DNA from: Chitinophagales bacterium
GTDB taxonomy: Bacteria; Bacteroidota; Bacteroidia; Chitinophagales; Chitinophagaceae
Direction: 5' to 3'
NCBI GenBank assembly: GCA_038327005.1
Contig: JBBQKO010000001.1
Coordinates: 1-56,348 of the forward strand
DNA length: 56,348 nucleotides
The position numbers and the translations under genes are program-made. How positions within the stretch are numbered: the first letter of the stretch is position 1; each line of letters opens with the position of its first letter. Positions 43,298 through 52,159 of the stretch are shown here, piece after piece. The notes beneath the pieces were generated by a model. It was not told the origin of the DNA, ran no database searches, and saw only the letters and a program-made list of their open reading frames with translations.

Positions 43298-43368
43298 GTT
43301 CATATAATAAAGATAAATGAAAGTATATAAATAAAGCCATGCAATTTTGCCAGACAAAAATTAAATTA

Positions 43369-44805
43369 ATGACAAGAATTACAGTTGCAAAAGGAGATGG
43401 TATAGGTCCTGAAATTATGGATGCCACATTAAAGATTATTATGGCAGCGGGTGCAGCCATCGAAGTAGACGAGATTGAGGTAGGCGAGAAAGTTTACCTG
43501 GCAGGCAATCTTGCTGGTATTGCCAAAGAATCATGGGATGTTATACGAAGAAATAAGGTCTTTCTGAAAGCCCCCATTACTACGCCACAGGGTGGTGGCT
43601 ATAAAAGCCTGAATGTAACTACCCGTAAATTTTTGGGCTTGTATTCCAATGTTCGGCCTTGCATGAGTCTTCATCCTTTTGTGAAAACGAAGCATCCACT
43701 AATGGATATTGTAATTGTAAGGGAAAATGAAGAAGACCTGTATGCAGGCATTGAGCACCAGCAAACAGATGAAGTAATGCAGTGTTTAAAATTAATAAGC
43801 CGCCCTGGCTGCGAAAAAATAGTACGGTATGCTTTTGAATATGCAAAACAGTATGGCCGTAAAAAAGTAACCTGCTTTACCAAGGATAATATCATGAAAC
43901 AAACAGATGGTTTGTTTCACCAGGTGTTTGATGAAATTGCCAAAGAATACCCGGCAATTGAAAATGAACATTGGATAGTTGACATTGGCGCAGCAAAAAT
44001 GGCTGATACGCCGGAGATTTTTGATGTGATTGTGATGCCGAATTTATACGGCGATATATTGTCTGACGTGGCAGCACAAATAACCGGCTCGGTTGGCTTG
44101 GCTGGTTCTGCCAATATTGGTGAGCAATGCGCCATGTTTGAAGCGATACATGGATCGGCACCAAGAGTAGCAAATCAAAACAGGGCAAATCCCTCGGGTC
44201 TGCTACAGGGAGCCGTGATGATGCTCAACCATATAGGACAGGGATTAATTGCAGAAAAAGTACACAACGCCTGGCTTAAAACCATTGAAGATGGCATACA
44301 TACTTATGATATTTATAAGGAAGGTATCAGTAAACAAAAAGTAGGTACCAAAGAATTTGCTGAAGCGGTAATTAATAACCTGGGGCTACAGCCTTCAATT
44401 TTAAAACCAGTTCGGTTTGATAAAAATTCTGCTTTGATACTTCCTAAATATGAAAGAAAAGAATCAAAACCTAAAGAATTGGTGGGCGTAGATATTTTTG
44501 TACATTGGAAAGGAACCGATCCGGATGCTCTGGCTCATATCATCGGGGAATTAAACAGTAAAGATGCTGAACTTACTATGATTACCAACCGGGGTATCAA
44601 AGTTTGGCCGGAAGGTTTTGAAGAAACTTTCTGCACCGACCACTGGCGTTGCCGTTTTAAACCAGCAAACGAAAATGTTTTTACAAAAGAAGGTATTGTG
44701 CATCTACTTGGTAAAGCAATAGAGAAAAATATTGATACAATCAAAACAGAAAACCTCTATTCATTTGATGGCAAGCCAGCTTTTTCGTTGGGACAGGGAC
44801 AGTAA
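43369..44805 (+). CDS. icd: NADP-dependent isocitrate dehydrogenase
   Basis: GDGIGPEI, KAPITTPQGGGYKSLNV, RENEEDLY, NLYGDILSD, EAIHGSAP, SLGQGQ end. Confidence 0.95.
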   Translation: MTRITVAKGDGIGPEIMDATLKIIMAAGAAIEVDEIEVGEKVYLAGNLAGIAKESWDVIRRNKVFLKAPITTPQGGGYKSLNVTTRKFLGLYSNVRPCMSLHPFVKTKHPLMDIVIVRENEEDLYAGIEHQQTDEVMQCLKLISRPGCEKIVRYAFEYAKQYGRKKVTCFTKDNIMKQTDGLFHQVFDEIAKEYPAIENEHWIVDIGAAKMADTPEIFDVIVMPNLYGDILSDVAAQITGSVGLAGSANIGEQCAMFEAIHGSAPRVANQNRANPSGLLQGAVMMLNHIGQGLIAEKVHNAWLKTIEDGIHTYDIYKEGISKQKVGTKEFAEAVINNLGLQPSILKPVRFDKNSALILPKYERKESKPKELVGVDIFVHWKGTDPDALAHIIGELNSKDAELTMITNRGIKVWPEGFEETFCTDHWRCRFKPANENVFTKEGIVHLLGKAIEKNIDTIKTENLYSFDGKPAFSLGQGQ

Positions 44806-45005
44806 AAATATGGATTACAACACTAGCGTCCCATTGTTGAAATTGCTTAAACTATAACTCAATAGAATCAATACTTTTAGCGGATACGGAACCTCTAAAT
44901 GAGTTTAAATCATTTGGGTAACAAATGTCCTTAAATGATTGACTATACTTTGTGATATGGAAATAAGTTTTTCGTCATTGGGATGCTAGTCATAAAACAA
45001 ATAAC

Positions 45006-45248
45006 ATGAACCTACAGCTTATACAAGGTCAATTCAGCACACAGGAAGCCATTGATATCATTACACAAATGATTAACGTGAAGATAAAATTTCATGAAAG
45101 TAAAATTGATAGCGCACACAACGAGGAAGATATAAAAATGAGGGAGCAAAGAATCAAGCAATTACAGCAACACCTCCATGAAAGCAGAATTCATATAGAA
45201 AAGCAAGGTGGAGTGATTACGATCACAAGTGAGCTTTCATTTGATTAA
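45006..45248 (+). CDS. Small hypothetical protein (paralog of 49310-49588)
   Basis: LI.G.FS..EA..I.T...N.KI.FH...RI..L pattern shared with the 49310 ORF. Confidence 0.75.
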   Translation: MNLQLIQGQFSTQEAIDIITQMINVKIKFHESKIDSAHNEEDIKMREQRIKQLQQHLHESRIHIEKQGGVITITSELSFD

Positions 45249-45252
45249 GTTG

Positions 45253-45716
45253 ATGAAGAAACAGGTTTAAACTAAAATAGCAGAAAATTTATTTCATCCG
45301 ATGCAAGTAAGGTTTTGATTGCGATTTTTATACTGCGCAATGGATAAATTAGGGAGTTCCGATTTTGCTCATTATAGTTCAAATGTACAAGAGTGATTAT
45401 TAATCCTTTTTACCAAAAAAGATTAATAATAAAATTATATTTGCTACCGAAGCTTAATAAAAAAACTTCCGCTTGGTTCATAAGAAAGTAGTTCATTAAG
45501 TTATCCCTTGTTCACTATAGCAGTAAGATAAACGATTACTAAATGGCAATATTTGGTTAGACGGAAGTACTGGTAAAGATGCAGCACTTTCCGAATAGCG
45601 CTCAATAGCCCTGTTAAAAATAAAAGGCTTTTATTAAAAAGGCTTTTGATGCTGCAGATCAGAGAAGGGATGATGTAAAGATTGATGGTTTTATAGAAAC
45701 AATAATTATAGAATAA
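45253..45716 (+). pseudogene. Disrupted third paralog of the same small-protein family
   Basis: KFISSDASKVLI near 45285; SKIN, SE.R...L and VKIDGFIETIIIE* at 45500-45716, with stops and frameshifts. Confidence 0.5.
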
Positions 45717-45751
45717 CTCATTGTTATTATCGTTTGAAAAGGGAATAGTAA

Positions 45752-46621
45752 ATGATAGATTCTACGAATTTATTTTACAATCGCAAGGCTTTGCTTGTTA
45801 CTAAACACAACAAGGAAAATGTAATCGTACCATTGTTTAAAGAAGGCTTTGGATTGGATATTGAAGTAGCTACTAAAGTAGATACGGACCAGTTCGGCAC
45901 ATTTAGCGGAGATATTGAAAGACCCGATACACAATACAATACGGCCAAATTAAAAATCTTAAAAGCTTTTGAACTGTATCCTGAAGCAGAGATTGCCATT
46001 GCGAGCGAAGGTGCTTTTAATCCCCATCCAGATTGCCCTTTTATCCCTTTAAACACAGAGGTTGTGCTGTTGATTGATAGAAAAAAACAGTTAGAAATAT
46101 CCGGGAGATATTTGTCACTTGCCGCAAATGTAAAAAAGGGAACGGTGTCAACTATGCAAGAGGCATGGGACCTGGCTACAATAATTGGTTTCCCGGAATA
46201 TGGTGTAGTACTTAAAGCGGAGAAAAACGAAAACAATCAGCCTTATATTTTTAAGGATGCAACAACAGCAGGCGGTCTGGAAGCTGCATTGCGTTATTTT
46301 TTTGATATTTCATCCGATGGAAAAATTGAAATGCAAACAGACATGCGGGCTCATCGCAATCCATCTCGAATGGAAAATATCAGGCTTGCCACATTTCAAC
46401 TTATCAAAACAATTCAATCCGTATGCGGGCAATGTAATGCCCCTGGCTTTGATGTGAAAGAAGTGATCAAAGGGCTTCCCTGCTCCTTATGCAACGCCCC
46501 TACCAGAAGTACATTATCCTATATCTATGAGTGTAAAAAATGTAGCCATCGGGAAGAGAAATTTTTCCCCAATGGTAAACAACAGGAAGACCCCGGTTCG
46601 TGTGACTGGTGCAATCCATAA
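45752..46621 (+). CDS. DUF6671 family protein (C-terminal Cys-rich Zn-binding region)
   Basis: TKH.KE, DTDQFGTFSG, ASEG.F.PHP, TDMRAH.NP.RM, four CxxC pairs ending CDWCNP. Confidence 0.8.
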   Translation: MIDSTNLFYNRKALLVTKHNKENVIVPLFKEGFGLDIEVATKVDTDQFGTFSGDIERPDTQYNTAKLKILKAFELYPEAEIAIASEGAFNPHPDCPFIPLNTEVVLLIDRKKQLEISGRYLSLAANVKKGTVSTMQEAWDLATIIGFPEYGVVLKAEKNENNQPYIFKDATTAGGLEAALRYFFDISSDGKIEMQTDMRAHRNPSRMENIRLATFQLIKTIQSVCGQCNAPGFDVKEVIKGLPCSLCNAPTRSTLSYIYECKKCSHREEKFFPNGKQQEDPGSCDWCNP

Positions 46622-46627
46622 ATTAAT

Positions 46628-47596
46628 ATGACTTCATATAAAACTGAAATAGGATCGGATATTAATAAAGCGGCTGATCTCCTGATGAGCGGTGAGCTGG
46701 TAGCAATACCTACAGAAACTGTTTATGGACTTGCAGGGAATGCATTTAGTGCTACGGTTATAAAAAAAATATTTGAAGTAAAAAACAGACCTTTCACCAA
46801 TCCACTTATTGTACATATTGCCAGTGTAGATAAATTATCTTCCATCGTAAAGCAAGTCCCTGATATTGCTTTACGATTGCTTCATGCGTTTAGTCCGGGG
46901 CCATTAACATTGATACTCCCTAAAAAAGAGATGATCCCTGATTTTGTTACGGCTCATTCATCGCAGGTGGCTGTTCGTATTCCAAATCATCGCTTATGTC
47001 TTGAATTGTTGAACCGGCTTCCATTTCCATTAGCTGCACCCAGCGCCAACAAGTTTACCAGTATAAGCCCTACCAATCCTGATCATGTAATGAATCAATT
47101 GTCAGGAGACATTCCTTACATTTTAGATGGTGGTTTTTGCAACAACGGAATTGAATCTACCATCGTAGGATTTGAAAATGACACCATGCTGGTATATCGT
47201 TTAGGCGCCATAACGACTGAGCAGTTGCAGGAAATTCATCCCAACACCAGGCTGGTGAATGATAATAGGGTAATCCATAGTCCGGGAATGATGAAATATC
47301 ATTATGCGCCTAAAACGCCGCTTTTGCTAACAGAAAATGTAGCCGGCACCATTCAATCATTTAGTACTAAGAAAATTGCTGTTTTATATTTCAAACAGCC
47401 TGCCGTAGAATCTGCTGCTGCTTATAAGCAAGTGCTTAGCATAAATGGCAGCTTTCAGGAAGCAGCAGCCAACTTGTATAAAGCCTTATATGAACTGGAT
47501 AGACAAAAACCGGATATTATCATTGCTGAACGATTACCTGACATTGGTTTAGGACAATCTATTAATGACCGTTTAAAAAGAGCTACTTCAAAATGA
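46628..47596 (+). CDS. tsaC: L-threonylcarbamoyladenylate synthase (Sua5-type)
   Basis: PTETVYGL, K.RP..NPLIVH, PGPLT, AAPSAN, G.EST, PGM...HYAP, Sua5 C-terminal domain. Confidence 0.93.
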   Translation: MTSYKTEIGSDINKAADLLMSGELVAIPTETVYGLAGNAFSATVIKKIFEVKNRPFTNPLIVHIASVDKLSSIVKQVPDIALRLLHAFSPGPLTLILPKKEMIPDFVTAHSSQVAVRIPNHRLCLELLNRLPFPLAAPSANKFTSISPTNPDHVMNQLSGDIPYILDGGFCNNGIESTIVGFENDTMLVYRLGAITTEQLQEIHPNTRLVNDNRVIHSPGMMKYHYAPKTPLLLTENVAGTIQSFSTKKIAVLYFKQPAVESAAAYKQVLSINGSFQEAAANLYKALYELDRQKPDIIIAERLPDIGLGQSINDRLKRATSK

Positions 47597-48942
47597 ACCA
47601 ACAACCATTGCTGATAAAAGAAGCATCGATCGTAAATGAGGGCAATACCTTCATAGCAGATGTATTGATTGAAGAAGGAATGATTGTACAAATAGGATCG
47701 ATATCAGCCAAAGGAAATTGTGAAATTATAAATGCGAAAGGGCTTTATCTTTTGCCGGGTGTAATAGATGCTCATGTTCATTTTAGAGAACCTGGTTTTA
47801 CCCTCAAAGGAGATTTATATTCAGAATCACGGGCAGCGATAGCTGGCGGCGTTACATCCTTTATTGATATGCCCAATACTGTTCCCAATGTGCTGACGCA
47901 GGAAATTGTGGCCGATAAGTTTAATAGGGCAGCGCAAAATTCTTTTGCAAATTATTCCTTTTACATGGGGATAAATGCATCGAATTGGGATGAGGCTCTT
48001 AAAACTGACCCTGCTAAAATTTGTGCGCTAACAGATGATGGACTCTACTTTTCCGGGTGCGATCAATTGTTGGTTTCTAATCCGGATTATATGGAAAAAG
48101 TTTTTCGGGAATGTCCGATGCGTATTGCAATTCATAGTGAAGATGAGGAAATCATTCATGCGCAGCTCCGCCTGGCAAAAGAAGAATATGGTGACAATAT
48201 TCCGGTGGAATGGCACCCTAAAATAAGAACGGAGGAAGCCTGCGTTTGTGCTACAAAAAAAGCATTGGCAGTTGCCAAAAAATACAATACCCGTTTGCAT
48301 ATATTACATGTATCCACTGGAAAAGAAGCGGCTCTTTTTGACAATAATTTACCCTTAAATGAAAAAAGAATTACAGCAGAAGTGTGCATTCATCATTTAT
48401 GGTTTTGTGAGGATGATTACAAAAACTTAGGCGCAAAAATTAAATGGAATCCAGCAATCAAATCAGCCGCAGACAGAGAAGCTTTGTTACAAGCCTTGAT
48501 TGAGGATAAGATAGATATAATCAGCACTGATCATGCTCCACACCTGTTAGAGCAGAAATCACTGGTTTATGAAAAATCACCCGGTGGTGCACCAATGGTT
48601 CAGCATTCTCTTATAGCTATGTTGGAGTTGGTTTACAATAAAAGAATTTCGCTGGAGAAAGTAGTACAAAAAATGTCGCACAATGTGGCTGAACTATTTG
48701 GTATTGAAAAGCGGGGTTTTATCAGGGAGGGCTACAAAGCAGATCTAGTATTGGTTGATTTGAATGCCCCCTGGAAAGTAACTAAATCAAACATCTTGTA
48801 TAAATGTGGCTGGTCGCCTTTTGAAGAGATGATGTTTCATTCGAAAGTGATTAAAACTTTTGTGAATGGTTATGTTGTTTATGATAATGGAATAGTATCA
48901 GATAAAAGGACTGGCGAAGCTTTAAAGTTTCGGGTAGATTAA
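47593..48942 (+). CDS. pyrC: Dihydroorotase
   Basis: DAHVHFREPG, DMPNT, KWNPAIK, TDHAPH, KCGWSPFE. Confidence 0.88.
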   Translation: MNQQPLLIKEASIVNEGNTFIADVLIEEGMIVQIGSISAKGNCEIINAKGLYLLPGVIDAHVHFREPGFTLKGDLYSESRAAIAGGVTSFIDMPNTVPNVLTQEIVADKFNRAAQNSFANYSFYMGINASNWDEALKTDPAKICALTDDGLYFSGCDQLLVSNPDYMEKVFRECPMRIAIHSEDEEIIHAQLRLAKEEYGDNIPVEWHPKIRTEEACVCATKKALAVAKKYNTRLHILHVSTGKEAALFDNNLPLNEKRITAEVCIHHLWFCEDDYKNLGAKIKWNPAIKSAADREALLQALIEDKIDIISTDHAPHLLEQKSLVYEKSPGGAPMVQHSLIAMLELVYNKRISLEKVVQKMSHNVAELFGIEKRGFIREGYKADLVLVDLNAPWKVTKSNILYKCGWSPFEEMMFHSKVIKTFVNGYVVYDNGIVSDKRTGEALKFRVD

Positions 48943-49309
48943 AATAATGGCAATTATTTAACGGGCATAAAACAGCATTGAGTTGGACAAATTGAATCGT
49001 TAATGTAAATTAAATGACAGTACCATTAATCAATGCCAGTATTCTTGAAACGGTCGTGATATTTATTACAGATTATTAAAAAACCAAATAGTTGTTACTC
49101 TAATTGTATTTTCGTGTGAACAGAATGAATAAAAATACAAATACCAGTACCAATTTTTTTCTGCCTAATTAAATTGGAGAGAGGTCTGTTGCAGTTATTC
49201 AGTGTGGTAGATATTATAAATAACCAGTTGCCAGGCACCCTTACAATAATTGCAGTGCTTAATCTTTTTTAACTGTTAGCATACAACAATAAAAACTAAA
49301 AATAAAATT

Positions 49310-49588
49310 ATGAAAGCAAAAAAATCTGTCAAATTCATTGAAGGGAAATTTAGCCCTGTAGATGCAAAAGAAATATTAACCGGCCTGATGAATCATAAGA
49401 TAAATTTTCATTCACTAAAAAACTTTAGCTCGGAAGTACGTTTTGGTAAACCGTGGGAAGGGTCAGATAAAAGAATAGAGGAATTGAAAGTATCAAGAGA
49501 AGAAATTATTTTAATGATCCAGCAAGCTATCGATAATAATACCAATCTAAGAATTGAATCATTCATCCACATTTCTTTTGAAAAATAA
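49310..49588 (+). CDS. Small hypothetical protein (paralog of 45006-45248)
   Basis: FIEGKFSPVDAKEILTGLMNHKINFH...KRIEEL. Confidence 0.78.
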   Translation: MKAKKSVKFIEGKFSPVDAKEILTGLMNHKINFHSLKNFSSEVRFGKPWEGSDKRIEELKVSREEIILMIQQAIDNNTNLRIESFIHISFEK

Positions 49589-49968
49589 CACCCGTGATTT
49601 TCTCTGACTTACCACTTTGGTCGAACAAGAGACAATAGCAGATTGGTTTCGCTAATAAAAAATTAACTAATGCTTCTCCTTAGCAGAAGCATATTTCAGC
49701 TTTGATAGGTTGGCCATATTAGCTGCAATTGTACAGTGGTTACTGTCTTTGTGTGTTCTGTTATTCTATGTTCTGTGATGGCTGGTTCTGTTTCTACTGC
49801 AGTTGTAATGGCGACAATGCCGGTTGTTACCGGTATATTTTTAAATGGATTATTGCTGATAAGATATTGTTGTTTTCTCAAAGTTTTTTAGCGATCAGGA
49901 TGTTGCAGGCAGTCAATTTTTTTGCATTTTTTCTTTTACCATCGGGTATATTTTTTTATCGGGTTACT

Positions 49969-50472
49969 CTACAGTATTTTTTCCCATTCAGGCTCGGAGG
50001 TACACAGGATAGAAAGCATTTTTAGCCTGATTTTACTTTCTATATCTTCCGGCTCCAGTAGCGCCTTTAAATCCGTAATACGTTTTTCATTGGCAAAAAA
50101 CTCCTCATGTTGTTGTATCAATGACTTGAACTTCTGCGGTAAATCCAAATCTTGCAAATAAAGAGAAGAGGCTTCGGTATGAAATTCATAATTTGACAAG
50201 AGTAAATCAAGCATCCAATTTTCGTTTTCAATTGGCTTGGGTTTTGCCTGATACAATAAAAAATATTGATTGGGTTGTTCTATCAACAATTGATGCTTGA
50301 AAGTAAACTCATTATTATTAATGATCAATTTTTCCACATCAGGTATTTGAAGGCTGTTGAACAACGATGTCATCTCCCCTTTTTCATTATACCAAACTAC
50401 AAGCCTATACTGTTGGAATAATTTTTCCAAAGCGGATTGCACTTTCGTATTTATCGTAAACATATCGTTCAT
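49969..50472 (-). pseudogene. pglZ: BREX-1 PglZ, N-terminal fragment
   Basis: R.V.WY..., NNEF..K, FLLY, ENW.LDL.L...EF pattern of the PglZ type A N-terminus; ends at 167 aa with no phosphatase domain. Confidence 0.82.
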
Positions 50473-50496
50473 CCAATTTCGATTTTTAGTTAGAAA

Positions 50497-51441
50497 TTAC
50501 GAGAGGCGTTTCCATCGCTCTCGAATTAATTCTTTATATATATTCTTCAATTTATTATTCAGAAAACTGATCTCAATTATTTTTTCCCATTTTGGAATTG
50601 CTTTTTCCATTTTCTTAAAAATATTTTCCTGTTGTTTTGCATCCATATGCAACGTGTTGAATGCTATCTCAAAATCGCTTCGTTCTAGTTTTCTTTTCTT
50701 TCCATTTAAAGTAAGAGCCATGTCTTCATCATCTGCTGGATTAACCAATGCCGTTGCCACCAGGTCATAGGAAGCACTTAATACATGCCCGGTTGTTGGT
50801 TGGCGGATCAATGAAAAATTCTTCAAATGCATATCTGCATTTCCTGTTAGAAAAGAAAAAAGCACCAGCTCAAAAAAGTTTACGACATCCAGCCCCGGGT
50901 TTACAGAATATTTTAAAATAGCTTTTGCAATTTGTTCATATGAACCATGGTATTTATCCTCACTCAGCCTTTCTGTCAACTGGCACATGTCTTCCATATG
51001 CAGTTTCGTTTTTTTTATACGATCAATGCGTTTGGTAATATACGCCAGATTGCCAGATTGAAGCCTAATTAAACAATGGGGCACTACCTGAATTTTGGCA
51101 ATACTTGCCAGGTGCATCGTAAGGTCTTCTACTTCGGGTAGGTGTGGGTATTGCGGTGAAGGGGGCTTTAGAATATAACCATCCCACATACCAACTATAG
51201 TAAATCGTTTTGGCTGGTTTGGCTCATCTGCTGATGCCAGGTGTAATGATAATTTAGGTTGAACACCGGTAATAGTGGTTTGGCTTTGTATAATTTGCGC
51301 TGCCAGCGCTTCCATATTATTTTCAGTGAATGCCAACTCGGGTGGAACAGGAACCCCAAACATTTTTTTACTGCATGTAGCATGAAAATCCACTTCTTCT
51401 GCTTGCAGCGTCAAATAGCAATATAGACAGCGTTTGTTCAT
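50497..51441 (-). CDS. HipA-family kinase toxin (HipT-like)
   Basis: TITGVQPKL Gly-rich loop, YILKP, GNADMHLKNFS, YDL. Confidence 0.92.
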   Translation of the reverse strand: MNKRCLYCYLTLQAEEVDFHATCSKKMFGVPVPPELAFTENNMEALAAQIIQSQTTITGVQPKLSLHLASADEPNQPKRFTIVGMWDGYILKPPSPQYPHLPEVEDLTMHLASIAKIQVVPHCLIRLQSGNLAYITKRIDRIKKTKLHMEDMCQLTERLSEDKYHGSYEQIAKAILKYSVNPGLDVVNFFELVLFSFLTGNADMHLKNFSLIRQPTTGHVLSASYDLVATALVNPADDEDMALTLNGKKRKLERSDFEIAFNTLHMDAKQQENIFKKMEKAIPKWEKIIEISFLNNKLKNIYKELIRERWKRLS

Positions 51442-51767
51442 TTTTCAATTTCATTTACCGGATAAACACTTACGGCACCAATACAATCTTTGCAACAAGC
51501 CAATAACAAGCCCATACGATCTCTTGGATTGAGTTTCCAGTTTTTTTCGGCTATATCAAGTAACCAACCTTCAGGAATCAACCCATCAAAAAAAGGAAAC
51601 AGCATTTTGCTTGTAAAAACTTTGTCTTTTAATGGTAACGTAAGACTTATAGGCTCTGCATTGTCATTTTGAATGTAGGCCTCATCATATACAAAATGAT
51701 ATCCGTTCTCATCCTGTGTGAGCCAACCCGCTGTTTCGTTTTGTATTTTTATTTCCGCCTTTTTCAT
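51438..51767 (-). CDS. HipA N-terminal couple protein (HipS-like)
   Basis: ISLTLP, LFPFFDGLIPEGW, D.IGAV; stop overlaps the kinase start. Confidence 0.9.
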   Translation of the reverse strand: MKKAEIKIQNETAGWLTQDENGYHFVYDEAYIQNDNAEPISLTLPLKDKVFTSKMLFPFFDGLIPEGWLLDIAEKNWKLNPRDRMGLLLACCKDCIGAVSVYPVNEIEK

Positions 51768-51842
51768 TTCTATTTTTTCCTCAATTTTGATCCAACTTTT
51801 TTGATCCCTGATGTTGAATTTTCTTGATTCTGCCCTTAATTG

Positions 51843-52043
51843 CTAAATTCTTCTTATTTCTACGGGTCCCAGTTTAAAGCCGAATAACTGCAGAACTTGG
51901 TTTACCTTATCAAGTCTCAGTGTTTGCTTGCCTTGTTCCAGATCCCGAACAAAACGTAAGCCGACTCCAGCCTTTTCAGCAAGTTCAATTTGTGTAAGCC
52001 CTGTAGCCCCTCTTTTTTCCTTTATAAATTCATGTAGTAACAT
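51843..52043 (-). CDS. HTH antitoxin/regulator (HipB-like)
   Basis: LTQ.ELA.KAGVGLRFVR.LEQGK.TLR.DKVN.VL. Confidence 0.9.
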   Translation of the reverse strand: MLLHEFIKEKRGATGLTQIELAEKAGVGLRFVRDLEQGKQTLRLDKVNQVLQLFGFKLGPVEIRRI

Positions 52044-52047
52044 ATTT

Positions 52048-52147
52048 TATACCTTATCGGGTATAAATATAGCATTATTTATATAAAATATACCCTTTCG
52101 GGTATAAAATACGCCATTTGTCGCTTAATTATACCCGTTCAGGTATA
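52048..52147. promoter_or_regulatory. Three palindromic operators TATACC-N6-GGTATA
   Basis: Copies at 52048-52065, 52089-52106 and 52130-52147, upstream of the hipB-like gene. Confidence 0.85.
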
Positions 52148-52159
52148 ATCAAGTTTTAA

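Noticed and set aside
49670-50025. Cys-rich or Thr-rich short ORFs (49729+, 49696-) as RiPP or metal-binding peptides
   Set aside because: Overlapping low-complexity frames at a deletion junction with no modifying enzymes nearby; more likely debris of a lost gene
51768-51842. Remnant of a deleted gene between the hipB-like and hipS-like genes (KGRIKKIQHQGSKK)
   Set aside because: Too short to support
52048-52147. Regularly spaced palindromes as a CRISPR array
   Set aside because: 18-bp dyads with variable centres and a 41-bp period directly upstream of an HTH gene fit operators
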